DNA from: Podarcis pityusensis
Lineage: Eukaryota
NCBI GenBank assembly: GCA_964106645.2
Contig: OZ067038.1
Length of the DNA: 64,000 bases
Strand: one strand, 5' to 3'
The translations under genes and the position numbers were made by a program. A model generated the notes under the pieces. The model saw only the letters and a list, made by a program, of their open reading frames with translations. It did no database searches and was not told the DNA's origin. Below, one piece after another: positions 39,325 to 50,848 of this stretch; position 1 is the first letter of the stretch, and each line of letters begins with the position of its first letter.

Positions 39325-40072
39325 AAACCTCCCCCCTAAATAAATTCACACTTGACTCAAATTTTGTTTTTTGGCAGAATTTAGACCACAACTTTATTGA
39401 TTACAGAAAGTGAATGGTTGCATAGGCTCTGGCCATGCAGGTAACGCTGACCCAGAGTTCCAGCATAGGTCAGCCAAGGGTAAACACCTGGATAAGCGGA
39501 AAGCCGGGAACAGGCTATCTCCGCCACCCAAATGTCCCCCTGGTATCAGGCGTGGGCACAACCCCATCTCAGGGGTTGACCAAACCATCAAGTCCCTGGA
39601 TTCCTTTAATGGAATACCCTTCACATAGGGATGGCAAGAGTGTTCTCCCATCCCTATCACCTGAACCAGAGCCTATCCGCAACCTTACAAGTTGTGACGA
39701 TTTGCTACGCAGCAGGCGAAACCCAAATGGCAACAGCCAATCAGCCAAGTGGGGAAAATTCCTGCTGTGCCCCTGTCCCAATGACAGACAACATACGACG
39801 GCATAGCAAGGCTAAGCGCAAAGCCTTAAAAGTAGGGAGAGGTGGGCGGGTGTTCCAAATGCACGTGCTGAAAGAGGAAGCTCTGGGTCACGTGCATGGG
39901 CATAAATAGGTCCCTCAAACTGTTTGGACTGCGTCCCGTTGGCCAAATTGCACCCAGCTACGAGGGACCTACCAATCGGGTGTTGTAGCTGACCAATCGT
40001 ACCCACCCATAACACAGGGTGTCGGTTTCCAGGTCTCACCACAATACGTGCCCTCTTTAAGGGAGGACCCAA
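39325..40072 (-). mobile_element. Solitary LTR-like terminal repeat (possibly DIRS/Ngaro class)
   Basis: CpG-retaining block with several CCAAT boxes, a TATA-like TATTTAT, two CACGTG and a minus-strand AATAAAGTTGTGG poly(A) signal (39393-98). No internal coding region. Confidence 0.5.
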
Positions 40073-41142
40073 TTATTTACAGTTATTTGTAAGTTAGAGA
40101 ACAGAAAAATTGTGCCCAAATGTATAGCCTTACTGCAAGTGCTTAGAGCAAGGGTGTTTATGATAATAATGAAGATGGGTCTTTCTTTTTCTTTTCTCTT
40201 TTGACTGACTAGACCAGAATTTAGCCAAGAGTCTATATTCTTGGCCTGCAGCCTGAGTTAGCCATAAGGGAGCAGAACACCAAGGCAGCTCTCTCAGGCC
40301 AGATGTTCATTTTCATTTTTGATACAGTAAATTCACCACAACATGCCTTTTACTCAGTAATTTTGGGTGTAGCATGTTTTGCCTGGATGTAGTAAATCTC
40401 AGATCTCACTACGTGCAGTTGCTTTTGAAAGAACTGCTCACTGTGCAAAACTAGTAGCTAAAAGTCACCTTGTGCATCTTTACTGTGTCAAAAAAGGAAT
40501 AAAAGAATCTTGCTTTATTCCTACTGCAGCCTTCTAAACCTCAGGACATTTCTACGCTGAATTGTTTTCCAGATTTGTGTCCTACTTGTTTATTTTTAGC
40601 TGGCCAAATTGTAATTTTCTACACCTCTTGGTATGATTACTTTCAGAAAAGTGGAATAATCATCAATAACAAAAAAACATTGGTAATGCTACAGTGAATG
40701 TCATAAATTTGTTGCCGTTGACATAATTTTTATCCAGGGGCTTGGGGTTAAATGTTGATAATCACAAATGGAGAGATTTCTGATAATCCCAGTGAGTGGT
40801 GGCAGACTCCACCATGTGCTACAAGCTTATGCACAATATCTGAGTAACATGTGAGTAGGGCTAATATTACTCATGAACACATTCAGTTTGGGTAACATCT
40901 GAATTGCCAGTCAGGCCAGCCATAACTCGAAGGAGAGTCAGGGGTTGGAACTGGATCTAAGACATCTTTGTCTGGACTGCAGCAAGCAGGACCTCTCTTC
41001 TGATGGTCAAGGAAATGCAGATGGGGCAAATCCTAATCTCTGCACCTGCTCTGGCAACCCAGAGGCTTTATACTGCCTGTTGCATCCTTGTTCTGTTCTG
41101 TGCCCAGAGAATGGTTTAGAGCACACAGTCTTGGGCAATGTA

Positions 41143-41382
41143 CAGTCGTACCTTGGAAGTTGAACAGAATCCTTTCCGGAAGTCCGTTCGACTTCCAAAA
41201 CATTCGGAAACCAAAGCGTGGCTTCTTATTGGCTGCAGGAAGCTCCTGCAGTCAATCAGAAGCCACAGAAGCGTTCAACTTCCAAAAATAGTTTGCAATC
41301 CGGAACAATCACTTCTGGGTTTGAGGTGTTCAGGAGCCAAAACGTTTGAGAACTAAGCTGTTCAAAAACCAAGGTACGACTG
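41143..41382. mobile_element. Tc1/mariner-type MITE, second family
   Basis: TA-flanked TIRs CAGTCGTACCTTGG...CCAAGGTACGACTG. Confidence 0.9.
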
Positions 41383-42609
41383 TAAAAGGCTAAACCCCAG
41401 CTTCAGATAATGTGTGTCTCAATTCATGCTCTGCATGCCCTAAGTCAAATCCTGGAGAGCACACAACAAGCAAGGTGTCCAAATGTCCAGGAAACAAAAC
41501 AACAACAACCTATCCTGGACAGTCTGGGTGTGTTTTTGTGTCTTTAAATGGTAGCTTGATGCGCAGGAATCATTATGCAGCTCATTTTCATACACTAATG
41601 TCTGTAGATCAGCCTCAAACCAGAGGCAGAGGCTATATAAAAAGTTGGCCACCTTACAAGGGAATGGTGGCCTCACAATGTTAGGATGCACTGTGGCTTC
41701 AGTTTGCGGGGAAATATTTTCTAGGCTTCAGAGGTTGAGCTTGCTCCTGCCCTCTGTGCTTGTCTTCCTGCTGGACCCCAATCTTGTGGAAACTTCTTAC
41801 ATGCAGCTTTCTGGAACATGATCCTGTGGAAACTTGTCGCTGGCTATGCCTGTTTTTTTTTCTTTTTTCTTTCTCACACTATTCCCAGCAACCATGTTGA
41901 TAAATTGGTTCTATGAGATCACCCCATGCCAAGTTGTTAGAAAGGGAATCAAAGCAATTGACACAAAATGAATCACAAAAACACTTGAAGGAGACCAAAG
42001 ACACTTCAGCCTCATGGATGTTCCCTCATTGCCACAGTCTGTTGCTAAAATACAGTCAGACGGTAATGCAAACAAAAACGTAAGGCAGAAAAATGTAAGG
42101 CAGTGCTTCTGAAGACTGAGCGTAAAATTCCTATAAGGAAAAGTACAAAAGACAGGCATACTCTTGACTGTTTTGATGAGTTATGTTGTTGCTATGGTTA
42201 TTATTTATTTTTGAATTAAGGCATTTTAAATGACCTAACTTTCCAATTATCCAGCCAAGTAAGAGGGATGGGACAGATGTGGTTTCATGGTTCAGATCAT
42301 ACTGAATCACTGTCTTGAGAGCAGTTTCTTTTAAAAACCCAACCAAGTACTTGAAGCACTTGCAAAGTGTGCAAGGACTGATAATAGCGGAAAACGTTCC
42401 TTAACTGTCTTAACATTCTTCCAGGGAGAAGACCAAATGTGATTACTTTCCTAACCATTCCTACCTCTATCCTATGAAAGGTCTAGTATTTATGTTTGTG
42501 TCTAGGGATGGTAGTTCTCATGGAAAGGCAGCTGCTTTCTACAACATGTCCCAGTGAGTGGTGCTATACAATGAAGCTCAGATGTTAAGAATGTAAGAAA
42601 GGCCAACCA

Positions 42610-42952
42610 CAAGAACATAGGAAGCCTTAAACTGAGTTAAACCATTCCTGCATCCAGCTCAGTACTGTCTAAACCAGGCACCCCCAAACTCGCCCCTCCA
42701 GATGTTTTCGGACTACAGTTCCCATCATCCCTGACCACTGGTCCTGTTAGCTAGGGATGATGGGAGTTGTAGTCCCAAAACATCTGGAGGGCTGAGTTTG
42801 GGGGTGCCTGGTCTAAACTGACCACCAGAGGCTCTCTGGGGTTACAGACAACAATACAGACAGGGATCTCTCCCAGCCCTTCCTGGGGTTGCCAGAAGTT
42901 GAGTCAGGGATCTTTTGCATGCAAAGCAGGAGCTCTCCCAATGAGCCACAGC
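42610..42952 (-). mobile_element. tRNA-derived SINE (Squam2-like) interrupted by a MITE
   Basis: GAACATAGGAAGC tail and TTTTGCATGCAAAGCAG...TGAGCCACAGCC head, both reverse-complemented. Confidence 0.7.
42675..42810. mobile_element. Palindromic hAT-type MITE
   Basis: TIR CAGGCACCCCCAAACTC...GAGTTTGGGGGTGCCTG; perfect 8-bp TSD GTCTAAAC. Confidence 0.92.
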
Positions 42953-43127
42953 CAGTTGCTTATGGGAGGCCCCTGAGAAGGACTTGGAGGCAAAAGAATT
43001 CTCCACAGTTGTTTAGCAGCTGATTTTCAGAGGCATGCTGCCCCCGAATTTGGAGGTAGTAAACAGCTTTCATAACTAATGTTATTTTTTTGGTCTTGTT
43101 TTTGTACTCAAGTGCCTCCAAGCGACT

Positions 43128-43454
43128 TTGTTGTTGTTGTTTAGTCGTTTAGTTGTGTCCGACTCTTTGTGACCCCATGGACCAGAGCACGCCAGGCATT
43201 CCTCTCTTCTACTGCCTCCCGTAGTCTGGTCAAAGTCATGCTGGTAGCTTCGAGAACACTGTCCAACCATCTCATCCTCTGTTGTCTTCTTCTCCTTGTG
43301 CCCTCAATCTTTCCCAACATCAGGGTCTTTTCCAGGGAGTCTTCTCTTCTCATGAGGTGGAGCCTCAGCTTCACAATCTGTCCTTCCAGTGAGCACTCAG
43401 GGCTGGTTTCCTTCAGAATGGATAGGTTTGATCTTCTTGCTGTCCATGGGACTC
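43128..43454 (-). mobile_element. BovB (RTE) LINE 3' fragment
   Basis: HLMRREDSLEKTLMLGKIEG...WRALVHGVTKSRTQL and (CAA)n tail. Confidence 0.93.
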
Positions 43455-43465
43455 ACACAGTAATA

Positions 43466-43707
43466 CAGTGGTACCTCGGGTTACATACGCTTCAGGTTAC
43501 ATATGCTTCAGGTTACAGACTCCACTAACCCAGAAATAGTGCTTCAGGTTAAGAACTTTGCTTCAGGATGAGAACAGAAATCATGCTCCCACAGCACGGA
43601 GGCAGCAAGAGGCCCCATTTGCTAAAGTGGTGCTTCAGGTTAAGAACAGTTTCAGGTTAAGTACGGACCTCCGGAACGAATTAAGTACTTAACCTGAGAT
43701 ACCACTG
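43466..43707. mobile_element. Tigger-like MITE
   Basis: TA-flanked CAGTGGTACCTC...GAGATACCACTG. Confidence 0.92.
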
Positions 43708-45379
43708 TAAATAAAATAGCAAAGATGTTAACAATACATTAAAAGGGCAATGAACAAAAACTGAAACACTCACCTCATGATATATGTAAAAGGAGCAAGT
43801 CTGACCCACCTTGCTTCAACGCTGAGCACAACAAAGGTCATGGACATATCTAATGATTCTCCCAATTAAAAAAAGTAAGTCTGGGTAAATAAGAATGATT
43901 TTGCATGGCACCTAAGAACAGACAGTGGTGGCACCAGGCATGCTTCCTTGGGGAAAGCATTCTGCAAACAGGGAGCTGCAACCCCAAAGGTCATTTCTTG
44001 TGTTTGCCCCCATTGCACTCAGTGTCTGGCTTGGTTCATGTGAGGAAAGGTGCCCAGGATTTGTGGGGGAAGCCATGAATTTTAAAGTGGTATAAGAGTG
44101 TTTTAAGTGTATGGTGTGAGTGACCTTTGCCTTTTTTCAGGCAACGGGGGGTGGGGGAGAGAGAGAGAAGGTGTGTGTGTGTTTTACCACATGTGTGTAC
44201 TTACCCTAGCTGGAATTGTGGGCTCAGGAATTATCCATTTATTGATTTATTAAACAAAATACTGGTTCAAATATAAGCTGAACTAGTTCTCAATTTTGAG
44301 AGAAGAATTTTGGCTATTTCCAGACATGCACAGTCTACGGTAATCAACTGCACAAAGTTTACCGGAAGGTTCAACATACCAGTTTTAATGCTTTTTAAGA
44401 AGCAATAGTGGCTATTTGTTCTATGCATTATCTTGTCGCATATAATGATAATCTGACAAATTACTTCTGTTGTTAAAATTTGTTCCTTCCATCACAAATG
44501 ATCAAGTCACTCTCAGTTTGCTTAAATCTAATTAAGGCTGTTACTCCAAGTGGTCTCTCATCCATCTACAGTTAATTTGACAGTTCTTTGAATTGCCACT
44601 TTTTCTTACCTATAGGAAGCTTGTTCCTTCATCAAGGAGAACCAGTTAGGATTCAATAGGTTGAAAGGGTGCTAATGTAATGAGGCTGCAAACCAGGAAG
44701 GAGGACAAGGCAATCTCTGGCTGCTCCTTTTGAGATGGACGGGAACATGCATTCCAACTCCAGGCCCCTAGTTGTCATACACAGCTACAGAAGTGCTGTC
44801 TAGGGAATGATTTGGGGCTATATGCATTCTGTATAGGTTGAGGATAGATTTCCTTTGCAAATGGTAACTGATTAGATCTAGTTACATATGACCCCTTAAT
44901 GTGCAGTGCAAGCGTCTTATAATAGGCTCATTGTTGTACAGTTTTCTTAATGATGTCACCAAAGTCTGTTTTAAGTGTTGTCCATTAACGTTCTAACTCC
45001 TTCTGAAATCACACTCCTTTCTGAAATCACACTCCTTTCTCTCTCACTCGCTTGGAGAGTCTTTAGTCTCTCCAGCAACTCAATCCAGGTTTCTATATTA
45101 ACATCAAGGACTAGGGAGGCAAGTTCCCAGTAGAGAGAAATCTCCATTCACCCATCAGCACTACACACATAAAATACTGCACAATTTCAGTTCAGGTATA
45201 GGAGCCTACGGATCATTTGCTGATTGCAGTTCTAAAAGTGGTGGTTTCTGTGAATGACAAAATCCTGTACACGTCTACTGAGAAGTAAGTCCCAGTTAGG
45301 CTTACTTCCATGTAAATGGATATGGAATTGCTGCCTGAGCAATTGGAATTTAAACGATTTTTTATTCCAACTGTTTATC

Positions 45380-45600
45380 TCCCATTTAATTACAGTTGTC
45401 TCTAAGCAGTGTACAGAAGCTCAGTATAATGAAAGTGAAAATATGTTAAAACCATAACATCAGAACTCAATTTTCAGGAGGTACCAGAAGTTCAACAGTG
45501 GGATGGCCTGTCTTACCTCAGCTGGGAGAGAGTTCTGTAGAATTGAGCTCACAATACTGAACACACCAGCTCCTGGTGGGTACAAGCCATATATCTGAGC
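45380..45600 (-). mobile_element. Old L2 fragment
   Basis: GVFSIVSSILQNSLPAEVRQAIPLLNFWYLLKIEF resembles the L2 C-terminus. Confidence 0.5.
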
Positions 45601-46679
45601 CATGGGGGACCACAAGCAGTGACTTCCCCGTAAAACAGTGTGTTCCATTGTCAGCTCAAGCATAATATTTGCAAATGGAACTGATTCACACGTTCAGATG
45701 ATAGACATCAAGTGCTGACAAGCAAAGGAAGCCGTGTTAGTCTAAAAGAAAAATCCTAAAGAGGGGGAAATATTTTTCTTAGGACCAAGCAAAATGCCAC
45801 AAAATAGTGGAGAGGTTAGAAGAGATGACAGGATTTGAATGTATGTGTGCACTAGCCTGGGGAAAAGGTTTTCTTGGGTTAATTTTCCAGTGGTACAATG
45901 GCAAAGAATGATGCTTGGGTTTGTTTTTATGGGATGTTCTACTGCTTTTAAGTAAGTCTGATGAAGGATGGTCTGCAAGTTTAAAACCTGAGCAGGCTGG
46001 ATGATGCTACAGATAAAATGAAAGTAATTATAGTTTTGGTGTTTTTTGTTTTTAAAGAAAAAGAATATGACACAGGAGCAAAGACATCTTCCAGAGAGTT
46101 CACAGTGTTAGTCTACAGCAGCAAAAAAATAATATAAAGAGAGATACATAAGCATATTGTCTTTGTCAATAAATCACAACTTAAACTGATTAAAATATGA
46201 AAATACGCGTTCTACCTATTTTCCCACACTCCAGTAAGCAATATGGTAAGAATAATTCTCAGATACTTGTACTCCATTTTGTCTTAGTAGGATGGTAATG
46301 GGTCACACATGAGTGATTCTACAGAATAAAGGATAAGATTAGATAACTCTTCTTAATAAAGTGAGCATATTTCCAATGAGGTTTTTTTTGGTGTCAATTA
46401 ATCACAGTTATGCATCTGGGGCTAACTTCCTTCTCTTTTTAAATGTACCTCATTCAGAGTCCTGAAAATGAGGTTAAGCAAATATTACTGAGCATGACAG
46501 TTCACACTTTGGACAGCTGTTCCCAACTATTGTCCAGAAATTAACTTGAAGTCATACAGGAAAAGGTTTGTGTCAAAAGGAAGGAAGGAAGGGCAATTCT
46601 TCTTAAGCCATGTGAATAGCTTTTCAAAGGTGACCTTATCCCTGACCAAAGGTAAGTCCCACTGTGAGGTAAGAAATAA

Positions 46680-46997
46680 TGAGCGTCCCCCATCAATCTG
46701 CCTGGACACTGAGGACCAGTGCCGAGGGCCTTCTGGTGGTTCCATCACTGAGAGAAGCCAAGTTACAGGGAACCAGGCAGAGGGCCTTCTCAGTAGTGGC
46801 GCCTTCCCTGTGGAACACCCTCCCACCAGATGTCAAGGAAATAAACAACTATCTGACTTTTAGAAGACATTTGAAGGCAGCCCTGTTTAGGGAAGTTTTT
46901 AATGTTTGATGTTTTATCATGTTTTTAATATTCTGTTGGGAGCCGCCTAGAGTGGCTGAGGAAACCCAGCCAGATGGGTAGCATATAAATTATTATT
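46680..46997 (+). mobile_element. L2 LINE 3' end
   Basis: TLRTSAEGLLVVPSLREAKLQGTRQRAFSVVAPSLWNTLPPDVKEINNYLTFRRHLKAALFREVFNV. Confidence 0.9.
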
Positions 46998-47191
46998 TTT
47001 TAGGATGCTTATGTTCTAGAAAGGAGTGTGTTCTAGATTACAAAGGAAAAATGCTAATTACACTCTGCACTGTTTCCAGCTTCCCCTCATGGACCAATAG
47101 CAGATAAGGGAGATGACTTTCACTGATGATAATGGTGGATGGTAAAGAATAGCCCTCCCATACTATGATCCAAAGAGAGGCACTACAACAG

Positions 47192-47503
47192 CAGACCCTC
47201 CAAGTGGCCCTATTTTCCAGACGTCCCTGATTTAGAGAAGCCCTCCTGGTTTCTGATTTGATCCCGGAATGTCCTGCTTTTTCTTAGGACATCCCTTTTT
47301 ATTGGAGAAATGTTGGGGGGGGGGGTATGGTAGGATGTCCCTATTTTCACTGGAGGGTATGGAGTTATCCGACCCCCGAGGCATCTGAAGGCAATCCTGT
47401 ATAGGGAAGTTTTTGAAAAAAATGTTTAATGTTTTATTGTGTTTTTATATATGTTGGTAGCTGCCCAGAGAGGCTGGGGCAACCCAGGAAGACGTGGGGT
47501 ATT
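47192..47503. mobile_element. Second (reverse, truncated) copy of the composite hAT-like/L2-tail element
   Basis: CAGACCCTCCAAG terminus; same junction TATCCGACCCCCGAG-GCATCTGAAGGCAATCCTGTATAGGG as 32562-32897. Confidence 0.7.
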
Positions 47504-48491
47504 TCTCATTATTCTTTCACTGCACAGCTCATATTCATCCTGTCTCGGCTGAACATGCAGTAAAGAGAAACTGTGCTTTTCTACTTTTCAGACTGGAAAT
47601 GGGAGTTGTTCTGAACATGGCATGACTAAAGCAGAATTTTCTGGAGGATCTCTTCTGGGAGAGCTTTATCAGCCAACTCATCCATTATATAATTATTTAA
47701 GCTGTCCTAACTTCTGACCAAAGTCAAAAGAGAAGAGTCAACGTATTTACTGCCTCTGTCATTAACTTAAGAAAGACATATGATGACTTGATATCATTTT
47801 CTTCATGCCATGTACAATCTGTTGGAATTAATTACAGCCCATCATCAACTCTGTGCCAAAGTGACCCAAATGACTGAGAAGTCTCTTGCGTTTAATAAAA
47901 TACAATCCAATTAAGAGGAACGCTTCGGGCCAAATTTGTTGCTGGTGTGACCGGGCAGAGAATGAATGAAGCCATTATTTACCTCACCAGAAAATTTGGC
48001 CTAAGCAGGATATATGCCATGATCTATATTTTAAATGACAAAAGCTGCAACTCAGGATTTTATCCAGATTGCTATTTTAATGTCAGTGCTAAAAGCCAAG
48101 GAATGTCAGATGTAACTTATTTTCACCCTTGGAGTGGTATTACCAGCTCAGAGGAAATAGAATTGCAAACGTTCTTGACCAAAGTCCTGAGAATGGAAGC
48201 CAAGAGATATTCCCACAGTGAGGCAGCTAGGCTGGATCATTTGCGACTGAATCACACGGCATGGGGAAAGTAACGTTACAAACTGGAAGCATTAAAATCC
48301 ACATGGAATCGTTGAAGAGTGTTTATTTGTGCAAGATCGAAGCTTGCCAAGAGCCTGGGCAGAAAATGAAGCTTCACAGAATAAAAGTTAAGCATACTAT
48401 TGTTAAGGGAAGTAAGCAACTCCTTGTTACGCAGGGAGCTAATGAAACAGAAAACAATAGCTATAAGTTTTTATAAAAGCATAGTTTTATA

Positions 48492-48730
48492 AGAGCCAGT
48501 GTGGTGTAGTGGTTAAGAGCAGTAGACTCGTAATCTGGGGAACCGGGTTCGTGTCTCCACTCCTCCACATGCAGCTGCTGGGTGACCTTGGGCCAGTCAC
48601 ACTTCTTTGAAGTCTCTCAGCCCCACTCACCTCACAGAGTGTTTGTTGTGGGGGAGGAAGGGAAAGGAGAATGTTAGCCACTTTGAGACTCCTTCGGGTA
48701 GTGATAAAGCGGGATATCAAATCCAAACTC
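48492..48730 (+). mobile_element. Squam3-type CORE SINE
   Basis: GCCAGTGTGGTGTAGTGGTTAAGAGC...GGGTTCG...GCTGGGTGACCTTGGGCCAGTCAC...ATCAAATCCAAACTC. Confidence 0.9.
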
Positions 48731-48797
48731 CCCATAGTGAATTTCTCAAAAGGCCTGTCATTTTAGGAGCAATCCTCCACTTGAGAAATTGAAAAAC

Positions 48798-49303
48798 ATG
48801 GACTACATGGAATTGGCGGAAATGACTGGCAGAATCCGAGACCAGGGAGAAGAGTCGGTGGAAGAAGATTGGAAGAAATTTAAAGATTATTTACAGAAAT
48901 ATTGCAAAATTAATGAATGTTAGAATGATGTTGGAATGAAGTTAGATGGTTTAAGCAGTAATGCTATAAAGGTGTGTGTAAAAAAGGATTGTTAATAGAT
49001 GAAAATTTAAAGTTATAGTATATTAAGTTAAAGGATCATGAGAAAACAAAGAGGGAAAGAAATTGCTGACTTAACTAATTGAACTGGAATACAAAAAAGG
49101 GAGGTATGAGGAGGTCAGGGAAACAAGGATATGAATGTAAGCTATGGAAAGATTGACCCATTTTTCTTTTTTCTCTTTTTAAGTGTCTTTTATTCTTTTA
49201 TTCTGTATTTTGTATTTTGTATTTTTCTTGTATTTTTACTTTTTGTTTTTCTGTAATTCTTTTTTTCTCTGAAATTTTAATAAATATCATTTTTAAAAAA
49301 AGA
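48798..49303 (+). mobile_element. L1-clade LINE 3' fragment with 15-bp TSD
   Basis: TSD GAGAAATTGAAAAAC at 48783-97 and 49304-18; peptide MDYMELAEMTGRIRDQGEESVEEDWKKFKDYL; AATAAA and A tail. Confidence 0.9.
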
Positions 49304-49612
49304 GAGAAATTGAAAAACCAAGACAGTGAGGTTGGGTTGACATCTACTGCTTATGTCCACTTGTCTTTTTTCTTTCTTTCTTGGATGCAATCCTATGCAT
49401 GCCTACTTAAAAACATGCATAGAATATATTGCACCCTAAATATAATACCTGTTGCACTGCAACCTGTAGCGTTGCACCCAGTCTCTTCTGTAACTGAGGT
49501 GCAACAAAAATGGGAAACCCAAAAAGGAGCTAGAAACTGAAGCCCCCCAAAAGTCGTGGGGTAGACAAGAATGTGGATTACTGCATTTCAGACCCTACTA
49601 GTTCTTCTTCAA

Positions 49613-49975
49613 TGGGACGCGGGTGGCACTGTGGGTAAAACCTCAGCGCCTAGGACTTGCCGATTGTATGGTCGGCGGTTCAAATCCTCGCGGCGGGGTG
49701 AGCTCCCATCGTTCGGACCCAGCTCCTGCCCACCTAGCAGTTCGAAAGCACTCTTAAGTGCAAGTAGATAAATAGGGACCGCTTTATAGCAGGAAGGTAA
49801 ACGGCGTTTCCGTGTGCTGCGCTGGTGCTGGCTCGCCAGCTGCAGCTTCGTCACGCTGGCCACATGACCCAGAAGTGTCTTCGGACGGCGCCGGCTCACA
49901 GCCTCTAGAGCGAGATGAGCACGCAACCCCAGAGTCGGACACGACTGGCCCGTACGGGCAGGGTTACCTTTACCT
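49613..49975 (+). mobile_element. Sauria SINE, divergent subfamily
   Basis: Sauria architecture with a distinct internal sequence; TSD TAGTTCTTCTTCAA at 49599-612 and 49976-89. Confidence 0.92.
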
Positions 49976-50492
49976 TAGTTCTTCTTCAAGAATATTTAAA
50001 ATCATTTTTAAAAAATCAATTTTAAATTCAGTTCTTCCTGGAAATGACTTAGCAAGTATTACACACGATTTGCAGACCAACAAAATATGTTACTTGCAAT
50101 AGCCAGAAATCTGAGTCTGAAACCCAGTCTAGGATGCACACAACGCTAAGCAAAATCAAGGCTAAGCATAAATGAGCAGACTTGCAGATATACACAGGAA
50201 GAAACACGACTGCTTTGCTCTTCACCTGCTGCTACGCTACCCAGTGCTAAGCCATGGTTTGGTTTAGTGTTGCATTCAATCCTGGACTCATGATTTGTCT
50301 CGCTCCAGACAAGTCCCAAGCTGTAGCCAAGCTTTACTTGCTGCTCTGGGCAACACAGCAGCAGCAAGACTGGGGCAGGAGTGAAGCGGCCACCAATTCT
50401 AATGTGAGCACCTGCCTGCTTGCTTGGTCATGCCTGCCCATGCCTTAGCAAACTAGGTCCAATACTATATGGGGGGAATACCATTGCAGAAT

Positions 50493-50848
50493 GGGACACG
50501 GGTGGTGCTGTGAGTTAAACCACAGAGCCTAGGACTTGCCGATCAGAAGGTCGGCGGTTCGAATCCCCGTGACGGGGTGAGCTCCCGTTGCTCAGTCCTA
50601 GCTCCTGCCCACCTAGCAGTTCGAAAGCACATCAAAGTACAAGTAGATAAATAGGTACCACTCCGGCGGGAAGGTAAACGGCGTTTCCATGCTCTGCTCT
50701 GGTTCGCCAGAAGCAGCTTAGTCATGCTGGCCACATGACCCGGAAGCTGTACACTTGCTCCCTCGGCCAATAAAGCGAGATGAGCGCCGCAACCCCAGAG
50801 ACTGTCACGAATGGACCTAACGGTCAGGGGTCCCTTTACCTTTACCTT
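50493..50848 (+). mobile_element. Sauria SINE (Squam1)
   Basis: Full length; (ACCTTT)n tail; flanking duplication TACCATTGCA. Confidence 0.95.

Noticed and set aside
44604-44710. Minus-strand exon-like segment with a GTAAGA donor
   Set aside because: Stops in all three frames and no other support.
44996-45040. Short direct repeats (18-bp unit; similar ones near 25911 and 29399)
   Set aside because: Simple slippage duplications with no spacers; not CRISPR-like, and the context is eukaryotic.
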